Source: an uncultured bacterium (GTDB taxonomy: Bacteria > Eisenbacteria > RBG-16-71-46 > CAIMUX01 > WJJG01). Taken from it: a stretch of DNA of 64,000 nt. Position 1 is the stretch's first letter, and every line of letters starts with the position of its first letter. The stretch spans positions 7,724-71,723 of the forward strand of contig CAZPGB010000006.1 of the NCBI GenBank assembly GCA_964585945.1. Direction: 5' to 3'. Positions 17,534 to 25,808 of this stretch are shown here, piece by piece. Under the pieces are notes generated by a model, which had not been told where the DNA came from, did no database searches, and saw nothing but the letters and a program-made list of their open reading frames with translations. The translations under genes were made by a program, and so were the position numbers.

Positions 17534-18015
17534 GATCCTGCTCCTTCCATCTCGAGCGCCCGGGCGCGCAGCATGCGGAGGCGCTTGCGCACGCCCGACA
17601 CCGAGAGACCCACTTCCCGCGCCACCTGCTCGAGCGTCAGGCCGTCGCGGTAGTGCAGCACGGCGATGAGCCGCGTCGAGGGTCGCTCGCGGCGGAAGAT
17701 CCGATCCAGGCGCAGGCTGGCGAAGATGCCCGCCTCGCTGTCGGAGGCGCAGGCGATGCGCTGGAGCAGCGCGTCGTCGGCGTCTTCAGGATGCCGGCGC
17801 TGAGAGCGCAAGATGTTCAGGCACACATGGGTCGCCATCCGCATCAGCAGTCCCGCCGGCGCGCTGTCGGTCAGGCGGTCCTGGTTGCGCACGAGCTGGA
17901 CGAACACGTCCTGCGCTGCTTCCATCGCCCTCTCCTCGTTGCGCAGCATCTCCCGGCAACGGCGGACCACCATCGGCCCGTAGCGCCGGTACCATGCCTC
18001 GACATCGATCGGCAC
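17530..18015 (-). CDS. ECF (group IV) RNA polymerase sigma factor
   Basis: Sigma70 region 2 (AAQDVFVQLVRNQDRL) and region 4 HTH (LTLEQVAREVGLSVSGVRKRL). GTG start at 18015 after GCAGGAGGGAGG. Confidence 0.85.
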   Translation of the reverse strand: MPIDVEAWYRRYGPMVVRRCREMLRNEERAMEAAQDVFVQLVRNQDRLTDSAPAGLLMRMATHVCLNILRSQRRHPEDADDALLQRIACASDSEAGIFASLRLDRIFRRERPSTRLIAVLHYRDGLTLEQVAREVGLSVSGVRKRLRMLRARALEMEGAGS

Positions 18016-18227
18016 CGCACCTCCCTCCTGCGACTACCCCCGACAACACCGGGTCCGCCCGAATCTGTCACCCCCGATCGCGGCCGATCCGTGCCGGCGA
18101 CGTCGATGCTCCCCGACGGACGGACTGCGCCAAGCGAAAGGGTAGGGTCTTCCGGCGCCGCGCTGCGCATCGGGATCCGCCCCGCGAGCCGCGGGTGGGC
18201 CAGGGCGCTAGAAGAGCTGCCCGGGTG

Positions 18228-18893
18228 TCAGAAGATCTGCCCGATCGCGTCCTTGAAGTCGCGGGTGAGGAACTGCACGCGCCCGATCAGAAGCGAGACG
18301 CGCGCCATGACCGTGTAGCCGAAGGAAGCGCCGAAGCCGGCCATGATGCAGAGCCGCCCGAAGTAGGCGAAGCGGCCCACCGCCCCCTTGTGCTCCACCG
18401 AGAAGAGGAAGAAGACCAGGCAGGCCAGCGTTCCCACGACCAGGAAGATCGCCCCGATCGAGGCGCCCAGGTTGCTCGTGAAGGTGCCGTTGGGATCCAG
18501 CGCGACCAGGCTGCGCACCGTGCCCTCGGTTTGCTGGAGGATGCGCCCCTCGAGCGTGGCCGGGATGCTGAGCCCCGAGCTGGCGCCCAGCAGGAAGGCC
18601 AGCGACCAGCGGCTCAGCCAGCCGTGCTTGGGCGTGAAGCGGGTGAAGAGCAGGATGCCGAAGATCAGGGGGATCAGGTAGTCGTACTTGCCCTGGTAAA
18701 GGATGTTGTCCCAGATCTTGGGCAGGAAGATGTTGTTGTAGTAGGTGATGATGATGAAGCCGACCGAGATGCCGACCGCCAGGTGCTCGGCCATCTTGTA
18801 GAAGGGATTGTCCCGGTAGAGGAAGGAGTAGATGGCCAGGGTGACCAGCCCTGCCAGCAGGGTCCACACGATGTTGAAGCCCCCTGATTCCAT
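18228..18893 (-). CDS. uncharacterised polytopic membrane protein (module gene D)
   Basis: Six predicted TM segments; Phe/Tyr/Asn/Ile-rich. Local GC about 55-58% versus about 70% in flanking DNA. Confidence 0.55.
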   Translation of the reverse strand: MESGGFNIVWTLLAGLVTLAIYSFLYRDNPFYKMAEHLAVGISVGFIIITYYNNIFLPKIWDNILYQGKYDYLIPLIFGILLFTRFTPKHGWLSRWSLAFLLGASSGLSIPATLEGRILQQTEGTVRSLVALDPNGTFTSNLGASIGAIFLVVGTLACLVFFLFSVEHKGAVGRFAYFGRLCIMAGFGASFGYTVMARVSLLIGRVQFLTRDFKDAIGQIF

Positions 18894-18950
18894 CTAGCCT
18901 CTCCTCCGGGCCGCGCACGATGCACGGCGATGCGTCTGCAAGCCGTCCAT

Positions 18951-19793
18951 CTAGGCGCCCCTCCTGCGGGCCGTCAGGTAGGCGACGTTGCCCAGCACGA
19001 TGAACAGGATGATCAGGTAGTGGATCACCTTCTGGGACCGCATGCCGTTGGTCCCGTCGCCCAGCTTGCCCACGCGCTTCTCGTACTCGGCCGCTCCTTT
19101 GAGACCTCCCAGCACGCCCTTGATCTGCCCGCTCTGGTAGAAGGGCTGGATGTCGGCCGTGTAGACGGCCGTGAGACCGGTCAGGACGGTCAGGCCGTAG
19201 CGCGACCCCGGGTAGATCGCCCAGAACTCGCCGACCGCGGTGGACGCCAGGCTGAGCACCGCCGGGATCTGGTCGTAGTTCTGGATGTTCTCCATCATCG
19301 GGATCTCATCGATCGGCGTTCCGTAGTAGTCCTTCGGGAACGTGCGCTTGATGTCCTCACCCATCTGGAGCATGGCCACCGCCGCGTTGGGCTGAAAGCC
19401 CAGGAAGGCCCAGTCGATGTCCCGCTTGCGGTCGTACTGGGCGGCGATCCGCGGCACCACGTCAGCCGCGATGCCGGCCCCCAGGCCGGTGTACTGCAGG
19501 CTGATCACCAGGACACGGATGTTGCGCGAGAAGCAGTGGTGCAGCACGGCCTCGGCCATCGGCGTCAATTCGGCCGAAGCGGCCGGGTCGTAGTCGAAGG
19601 AGAGCAGGAGCGGGTTCGCGTCGGGCTGGATCTGATCGATGATCCGGAAGGTGTCCTCCACCTCGCGGGAGACATCCACGCGGACGGGCGGCCAGGCCAC
19701 GTAGAACGGAATGACCACGCCGATGAACACCAGCGTGAAGATCACCCGTCGGTCCAGCTTGAGCATCCGGTCCAGGAGCGTCGGTGTCTCCAT
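18951..19793 (-). CDS. uncharacterised bitopic membrane protein (module gene C)
   Basis: N-terminal TM (VIFTLVFIGVVIPFYVA), a central soluble domain of about 200 aa, and a C-terminal TM (VIHYLIILFIVLGNVAYL). Confidence 0.55.
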   Translation of the reverse strand: METPTLLDRMLKLDRRVIFTLVFIGVVIPFYVAWPPVRVDVSREVEDTFRIIDQIQPDANPLLLSFDYDPAASAELTPMAEAVLHHCFSRNIRVLVISLQYTGLGAGIAADVVPRIAAQYDRKRDIDWAFLGFQPNAAVAMLQMGEDIKRTFPKDYYGTPIDEIPMMENIQNYDQIPAVLSLASTAVGEFWAIYPGSRYGLTVLTGLTAVYTADIQPFYQSGQIKGVLGGLKGAAEYEKRVGKLGDGTNGMRSQKVIHYLIILFIVLGNVAYLTARRRGA

Positions 19794-19796
19794 CGG

Positions 19797-20432
19797 CTAC
19801 TCCTTCCCGGACCCCAGATAGGACCGCTCGATGCCCATCACCACCTTGAGCGCGGTCGAGGCCATGCCCAGACCCACGCCCAGAATGATCGCCCGCTTCG
19901 CCACCAGGTTGGGGTTGTCCAGAATCCAGCGGGCGATCGCGGGGATGCCCAGGGAGGCGCCCTCGTCGAGCCGGCCGATCATGACGATGACCGCGGCGAT
20001 GAGCAGAATGGTTGCATCGACGCTGCGCGTGCGGAAGGCGCGGAAAGCCGCCGAGGCCAGATAGAAGGCCAGCAGCGAGAACATCGTCGCCTGCACCGGC
20101 AGCAGGATGGCGTTGAAGAGGTCCTGATACAGCGTGCCTTCGCCCCGTCCGCCGATGAAACCGGCCAGGAGCATCACCGTCAGCCCGACCAGCGCGGCCA
20201 GGCTGTAGACCCAGTCCTTGTGCCGCTTGCGCTCGGGCCCCGAACGCTGCACGCGGTGGGTGTGGCGCTGGATGACGCTGGCCAGTCCCAGGATGATCGA
20301 GAAGGCGTAGACGATCTGCATGTAGTCGTTGATGCGGTCGTAGTAGGGCAGGAACGCGGGCACGAAGTACTGGATGGCCATGAAGCTGCCGGCCAGGAAG
20401 CAGATCGTCAGCGGTACGCGCGTCCTCATCAT
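19797..20432 (-). CDS. uncharacterised polytopic membrane protein (module gene B)
   Basis: About 5 TM helices. ATG at 20432 overlaps the stop of gene A (ATGA). The ORF track start 20471 would overlap gene A by 43 nt. Confidence 0.55.
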   Translation of the reverse strand: MMRTRVPLTICFLAGSFMAIQYFVPAFLPYYDRINDYMQIVYAFSIILGLASVIQRHTHRVQRSGPERKRHKDWVYSLAALVGLTVMLLAGFIGGRGEGTLYQDLFNAILLPVQATMFSLLAFYLASAAFRAFRTRSVDATILLIAAVIVMIGRLDEGASLGIPAIARWILDNPNLVAKRAIILGVGLGMASTALKVVMGIERSYLGSGKE

Positions 20433-21679
20433 CCGCCCGACCCCCTCACGCGCAAGATCTCGTTGACCCAAGCGATCGGCTCACCGCGCACCAGCGCGCC
20501 GGCGGTCATCAGGGCCACGCCGACGATGATCATCAGAATGCAGAGCAGCTTGTAGTAGTCCTGCCCTTTCAGGCTGCCCAGCAGCGTCGGCTCGCGGCCG
20601 ATGTAGGCGCTGGCCGCGTAGAGCTCCTCGCCGATGATGGTGTAGTCGCAGGCGGTGACGAAGAAGGGTAGCTGCGTGATGGCGTCGGTGCCGGCGATCT
20701 GGATCGCCCCCACCGAGGCGCCGGTCTCGGCCAGTACGAGCGACTCGGCGTAGAACATCCCCAGCAGCAGATTGGCCCCGGGCCGCTCGCGCACCATCGT
20801 GCCGCAGACGGCCGCCGCGTAGGTGAACTGGTCGTTGGTGACGAAGTAGATGTCCTCGGGCCGGTAGTTGTGGGGGAAGCCGGCGGCGATGAAGGCCTCC
20901 TTGACGACGTCCTGCGTAACCGGATAGACGATCGGGTCGCGGTTGGGAATCAGGATGCGCGCCTGGTAGCGGGCGATCTTCTTGGCCACCTCGGAGAGGA
21001 TGTTGAGCGAGGCGATCGTGGCTACGTCCTGGATGGTGCTGATGCCGGGAATGTAGAGTGTCGGCCGGCCCATCTCGGTGCAGCGCCCGACGGCCTCGTC
21101 GATGGCGTCGAGGCCCGCGATGCGGCGGATCTTGAGCTCGCGACCCCGGCGGGCGACGTGGATGAAGCCCAGGATCATCGCCACGAAGATGATGACCGCC
21201 ACGAGCGTGTTGAGCTTGTTCGTGTAGAACCACTGCCGCGCGGGCGCCACCGGGGCCGAGGGCTCCGTGCTCGCCCGCATGCCGTCGGGACCATGCGTCT
21301 CGATCATGTAGACGTAGCTGCGGCCGGGGCGCAGTCCGGTGTCGTCGTAGCTGAAGCTCTCGGTGCGCAGGCGGGCCGGGAACGACTTCACCACGGCGAA
21401 GCTGTCCACCCCGGGATCCTGCCGCAGGATGACGTAACGGTCGACGGTGGGCGCATCCATCGCGTCACCGGGCGCGCGCCCGAACTGGATGCGCAGCGCG
21501 GTGCCGGCGTCGAGCGGCTTGTCTTCCACGGAGAAACCGGTGACGGGGGCGACGGCCGATGCAACTGCAGCAAGGGGGAGTGCGAGCGCGAGCAGCACCA
21601 AGGCGATGATCTCGGATGTCCGCTGTGTCCGTGCTAGGCCCAAGCCGGTGCGTTCCACGCGCCCCTCGTCCTCCACCAA
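20429..21679 (-). CDS. uncharacterised membrane protein with N-terminal signal/TM, FN3-like beta domain, TM, conserved about 220-aa domain, C-terminal TM (module gene A)
   Basis: TTG/GTG start region at 21659-21679 (RBS GAGGACGAGGGG before the GTG at 21661), so the start is uncertain. Beta-rich segment RYVILRQDPGVDSFAVVKSF...YVYMIETHGPDG. Hydrophobic helices VAVIIFVAMILGFIHV and LLCILMIIVGVALMTAGALV. Confidence 0.55.
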   Translation of the reverse strand: MVEDEGRVERTGLGLARTQRTSEIIALVLLALALPLAAVASAVAPVTGFSVEDKPLDAGTALRIQFGRAPGDAMDAPTVDRYVILRQDPGVDSFAVVKSFPARLRTESFSYDDTGLRPGRSYVYMIETHGPDGMRASTEPSAPVAPARQWFYTNKLNTLVAVIIFVAMILGFIHVARRGRELKIRRIAGLDAIDEAVGRCTEMGRPTLYIPGISTIQDVATIASLNILSEVAKKIARYQARILIPNRDPIVYPVTQDVVKEAFIAAGFPHNYRPEDIYFVTNDQFTYAAAVCGTMVRERPGANLLLGMFYAESLVLAETGASVGAIQIAGTDAITQLPFFVTACDYTIIGEELYAASAYIGREPTLLGSLKGQDYYKLLCILMIIVGVALMTAGALVRGEPIAWVNEILRVRGSGG

Positions 21680-21790
21680 GACCTCATGGGAATGCCCGTC
21701 GCCTATTCGCAGCGGATCCTAACAGGATCGACGCTCCGGTGCAAACCCGCGTCGGCTGCGGGGCCGGATCCCGCTTCTTCGGCCGCCCCG

Positions 21791-24508
21791 TCAGCGCAGC
21801 ACCAACACGCGTGCCCGGGCCGCGCCGCGTGCGCTCTGCCAGTGGAGCCAGTAGACGCCGCCCGGCACGAGATGCCCGCTTCGGTCGTGTCCGTCCCAGT
21901 GGAGGCGGTGCGCGCCGGGGGCCGCGTGCGCGCCGTCGAGAAGCGTAACGATACGCCGGCCGTCGGGACCAAAAAGGGCGAGGGTGCCGCGCGCCTGGGC
22001 GGGCAGGTGGAGCCGGATCGAGGCGCCCGACAGCACCGGGTTGGGGGAGATCTCCAGCCGGGGACCCGCTGCGCGGGCGGTGGGCCCGGCGGGGTCCACC
22101 GCCGGACCTCTCACCCCGGAGGTCGACGGCACACCGGTGAAGGACAGATCGTCGAGATACCAGCCGCGGCGCACGACGTTGCGGTCCGAGCCGAACTGCC
22201 ATCGCAGGCGCACCCACTGTCCACACAGCGCGTCCAGCGCGAAGGTGCGCTCCACCCAGGCGCCGGTCGTGCCGGTGAAGGCCTGCTGGCCGCCGATCGG
22301 GTTGCAGTTGCCGTCGACGATGCCGTCGTAGCCCTCGGCGGGCGCGACCAGGCTCCAGCTCTGGCCGCCGTCGGTCGATGCGCGCAGGTGTCCGCCGTCG
22401 CTGGCCGCCTCGTTCTCATACCAGGTCCAGCAGCGCAGCGTGGCCGCCTCGAAGTGGACCAGACTGAGCGGCGGCGCGTCGAGGCGATCGTCGGCGCAGG
22501 CGTCGTAGTCCTCGCCCAGCACCGTGCCCCAGACCCGGCTCCCTGAGTGGGCGCCGGCCATGGCGTCGCTGCCCCAGGCCCACTCGCCGAACGGGTCGAG
22601 CCCTTCGCCGGAGGTCTCGAAGTCCCAGACGTCGGCCAGGGTGAAGTCGACGCCGTGCGCGGCCTCGCCCTGCGCCAAGAACAAGGTGCGTCCGCGGGGC
22701 ATCCGGTCGGGCAGCGAGGCGCAGAGCGCGAGGGTGCCCGGCCAGACCGGATCGAGGACGTAGACGCCGTCGGGGCCGGTGAGCGCGCTGGCCGTCTGTC
22801 CCTCGATCTCCACCCTGGCGCCCGGCAGGGGTGCGCCGCCGGGCGAGCGCACCGTGCCGCTGAGGCTGCCGGCCACGAGCGGATCGAGCATCAGGTCGAG
22901 CGCCACGACGGCGCCGCCGGTGACGCTCACCATCACCGTGTCGGGCCAGCAGCCGGACGTCCCGGCGACCAGGGTGTACGCGCCGGGAAAGATCTCGCCG
23001 AAGGCATACTGGCCGTCGGCTCCGGTCACCTGCACCGGATACCCGGTGCCCACCAGACGCAGCGTCGTGTTCGACGGATCGCCGCCCCCCGCGATCGACA
23101 CGGTGCCCTGAATGCCGCCGGGGAGGTCCTGCACCTGGGCGAGCTGGGCGGCGGCGATGGCGTTGGTCACCGTGATCTGGCGCCACAGCCAAGGGTCCAA
23201 CCGGTCGACGCGGTCGCAGAACCGGTGGTAGCAGGGGTTGCTGTCCCACTCGTTCTCGATCGACAGCACGGCGGGAAAGCCGTGGTTGTGAAACGGCACG
23301 TGATCGGAGCCGAAGCCTTCGCCGGGATAGCGGTAGATGGTGAGCCCGGCGTGGTCGACCGCGACCTGCTCGAGCAGATCCATCATCCAGACCGAGCTCG
23401 TGCCCTCGTAGAACCCCTCGAGCCAGAGGTCCTCGCCCTGGGGGTCGTGGTAGCCGGTCATGTCCATGTTGAAGACGCCGCGGATGTCCATCCCCTGCAG
23501 CTCGGCCTCCGACGCGAAGTGCTCGCTGCCGTGCAGGCCCTGCTCCTCGGCGGAGAAGCAGATGAAGATGAGGGTGTAGTCGGTCGTCACGGGCGCCAGC
23601 AGGCGCGCGATCTCCAGGACGGCCGCGGCGCCCGAGCCGTTGTCGTCGGCGCCGGGGGCCAGGTTCTGCGGGTCGGGCGAGGTCGAGTCGAGGTGGCCGC
23701 CGACGATGTAGATGCGGTCGGGGTCGACCGCGCCCTCCTTGATGGCGACCACGTTCTTCAGCTCGTACGACATGTAGGTGAACGGATCGAACCAGGCCGT
23801 CAGGCCGGCCGCTTCGAAGGCGGCCTTGGCGTAGGCGCAGGCCAGCTCCATCTGGGGCGTCCAGGAGTGGCGCGTCTGCAGCTCGGTCGACAGATAGTCG
23901 AGGTCGCCGGACATCCGGTCCGCACGCACCGCCCCGGCGAGCGCGCTCCAGAGGTCCCGTGCGGCTCCGGGGAGCGTGCTCATGGGCTCGCCGCGGTCGA
24001 TCGCCTCGGGCGGTCGCCGGGGCACGACGCGCTGGGCCCGGCCTCCGGGGCCCGCCTTGAAGGGCCAGTCGCCCGGGGCTAGCTGCAGCAGGGCCACCGC
24101 GCGGTCCGCATCCAGGACCAGCGGGTCGCGGGGGGGAGGACCGGCGTGGGCAGCGCCGCCGGCGGACCAGCCCGCGGGCCAGACGCCGGCGCGCAGCGCC
24201 TCGAGCTCGCGGTGCGGCACGAGGAGATAGACCGATCCCTCCCGGTGTCCGCCCACCGCCGTGACGGCCGGATCGTCCAGCCACCTGCTGCCGGCCGGCA
24301 GCAGGCCCAGCGAGCGGCCGGCAAAGGTGTGCAGCACTCGCCAGTCGGGCACGTCGCCGGCGGATCCACCCTCCCAAGATGCTACAATAAAATCGTTTAC
24401 GCTTGAATCTTCAGGCTCGGCGCGAGACCCGTCCGCGCTCGCGGCGATGGCGGCCAGGGTCAGCGCAAAGGCCCATGATAGGGCGAGTGTCTTTCGGATC
24501 CAGACCAT
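21791..24508 (-). CDS. secreted M28 family zinc aminopeptidase with C-terminal beta-sandwich/sorting-type domain
   Basis: Signal peptide. M28 motifs IVGGHLDS, DDNGSGAAAVLE, FSAEEQGLHGS, GSDHVPF. CarbopepD_reg-like repeats. A C-terminal segment of about 80 aa resembles FlgD-Ig/T9SS-type C-terminal domains. Confidence 0.8.
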   Translation of the reverse strand: MVWIRKTLALSWAFALTLAAIAASADGSRAEPEDSSVNDFIVASWEGGSAGDVPDWRVLHTFAGRSLGLLPAGSRWLDDPAVTAVGGHREGSVYLLVPHRELEALRAGVWPAGWSAGGAAHAGPPPRDPLVLDADRAVALLQLAPGDWPFKAGPGGRAQRVVPRRPPEAIDRGEPMSTLPGAARDLWSALAGAVRADRMSGDLDYLSTELQTRHSWTPQMELACAYAKAAFEAAGLTAWFDPFTYMSYELKNVVAIKEGAVDPDRIYIVGGHLDSTSPDPQNLAPGADDNGSGAAAVLEIARLLAPVTTDYTLIFICFSAEEQGLHGSEHFASEAELQGMDIRGVFNMDMTGYHDPQGEDLWLEGFYEGTSSVWMMDLLEQVAVDHAGLTIYRYPGEGFGSDHVPFHNHGFPAVLSIENEWDSNPCYHRFCDRVDRLDPWLWRQITVTNAIAAAQLAQVQDLPGGIQGTVSIAGGGDPSNTTLRLVGTGYPVQVTGADGQYAFGEIFPGAYTLVAGTSGCWPDTVMVSVTGGAVVALDLMLDPLVAGSLSGTVRSPGGAPLPGARVEIEGQTASALTGPDGVYVLDPVWPGTLALCASLPDRMPRGRTLFLAQGEAAHGVDFTLADVWDFETSGEGLDPFGEWAWGSDAMAGAHSGSRVWGTVLGEDYDACADDRLDAPPLSLVHFEAATLRCWTWYENEAASDGGHLRASTDGGQSWSLVAPAEGYDGIVDGNCNPIGGQQAFTGTTGAWVERTFALDALCGQWVRLRWQFGSDRNVVRRGWYLDDLSFTGVPSTSGVRGPAVDPAGPTARAAGPRLEISPNPVLSGASIRLHLPAQARGTLALFGPDGRRIVTLLDGAHAAPGAHRLHWDGHDRSGHLVPGGVYWLHWQSARGAARARVLVLR

Positions 24509-24655
24509 CGTGGTGCTCCTCGGGTCGCCCGCCGAAGGGCGCCTGGCGGGTTCTGAGACGACCGCAGCCCCAAGTGTACCATGTCACGCCCGCCGCCGGC
24601 CCGGGCGGGTGAGTGCCGGGGCGTGCCGGCCGTTGCCGGCGTGGGGGACCGGTCG

Positions 24656-25744
24656 CTAGAGGAAGGCCCGCAGGCGGCGATAGGTGCCGGGGAAGTACTC
24701 CTCGAAGAGGCGATCCATATCGTCGATCGCCGCCCGCAGCAGGGCCACCTTCTCGTGATAGGGCTGGAAGGCGCTCTTGAAGCCGCTGATCAAGATGCCG
24801 CGCAGGTCGTAGATGCTGAGCTGGAACGTTCGGCAGGCCAGATCCAGCTCCTTGGTGACCGAGGTGTTGGAGACCAGCCGGTTGTCGGTGTTGATCGTCA
24901 CGCGCAGCCCCGCATCGAAGTAGATCCGAAACGGGTGGCTGTGGATGCTGGTGGTCGCCCCGGTCTGCACGTTGCTCGTCAGACACAGCTCGAGCGGGAT
25001 GCGGTGGTCGTTGACGTAGTTCATCAGCTCGCGGTCCTGCCAGAGCAGCGTGCCGTGCCCGATGCGGTGCGCGCCGCAGTAGTGGAGGGCTTGATGGATC
25101 GAGGGAGGTCCGAAGCCCTCGCCGGCGTGGACCGTTCCCGAGATGTTGTTGTTCCGCACGACGTAGAAGGCTTCCCGGTGGTCCTTGGCCGGGAAGTGGG
25201 CCTCCTCGCCGGCCAGATCGAAACCGACGACGCCGTTGTGCTTGTAGGCCACGGTCATCTCCGCCAGCCGCAGGCTCATCTCCGGGGTCATGGTGCGGAT
25301 GCCCGTCAGGATCACGCCCGTGCGAAGCACATAGCGGTCCTCCGCGTCGCGCAGGCCCGACAGCACCGCGTCGACCGCCTGCTCCCAGCTCTGCCCCTGG
25401 GCCTCGTGCAGGGGCGGGGCGAAGCGCGCCTCCATGTAGCGGACGTTCTCCTTGGCCGCGTCCTCGGCCAGCTCGAAGGCCACCCGGCGCAGGGCATCGG
25501 GTGTTTGCAGCACCTTGAGCGTGAGGTCGAAGACGCTCAGGTAGCGCTTCAGGTCCTGGGTGGCCGTCTCCTCCATGTAGCGCACCACGTCCTCGCACGT
25601 CTCGAAGGGCAGCTCGACCTGCTGTTGCCGCGCCAGCTCGAGTAGCGTCTCGGGTCGCAACGAGCCGTCCAGGTGGACGTGCAGGTCGGTCTTGGGCAGG
25701 CGGTGCACGAGCTCGTGGGGTATCTCCATCCTTTGCTCCTTCAA
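24656..25744 (-). CDS. add: adenosine deaminase
   Basis: HVHLDGSLRPETLLELA metal-binding motif. Full-length adenosine/AMP deaminase-family fold signature (SLSTDDP-like region CLTSNVQTG). Confidence 0.9.
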   Translation of the reverse strand: MKEQRMEIPHELVHRLPKTDLHVHLDGSLRPETLLELARQQQVELPFETCEDVVRYMEETATQDLKRYLSVFDLTLKVLQTPDALRRVAFELAEDAAKENVRYMEARFAPPLHEAQGQSWEQAVDAVLSGLRDAEDRYVLRTGVILTGIRTMTPEMSLRLAEMTVAYKHNGVVGFDLAGEEAHFPAKDHREAFYVVRNNNISGTVHAGEGFGPPSIHQALHYCGAHRIGHGTLLWQDRELMNYVNDHRIPLELCLTSNVQTGATTSIHSHPFRIYFDAGLRVTINTDNRLVSNTSVTKELDLACRTFQLSIYDLRGILISGFKSAFQPYHEKVALLRAAIDDMDRLFEEYFPGTYRRLRAFL

Positions 25745-25808
25745 CGCCGCGGGGCGGTGTGCCCCGCCATGGGCGCCGACGATCGCTCGTCGGCGCGCGA
25801 GTTCGCGT

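Noticed and set aside
18016-18227. Search for a canonical ECF promoter (GGAAC-N16-CGTC type) upstream of the sigma gene
   Set aside because: No convincing match was found by eye. The region is left unannotated rather than forced.
21984-24377. ORFs 22416..24377 (-) and 22547..24082 (+) inside the M28 peptidase gene
   Set aside because: Alternative frames with extreme Arg/Gly/Ala content. The 21791..24508 frame carries all the M28 motifs.
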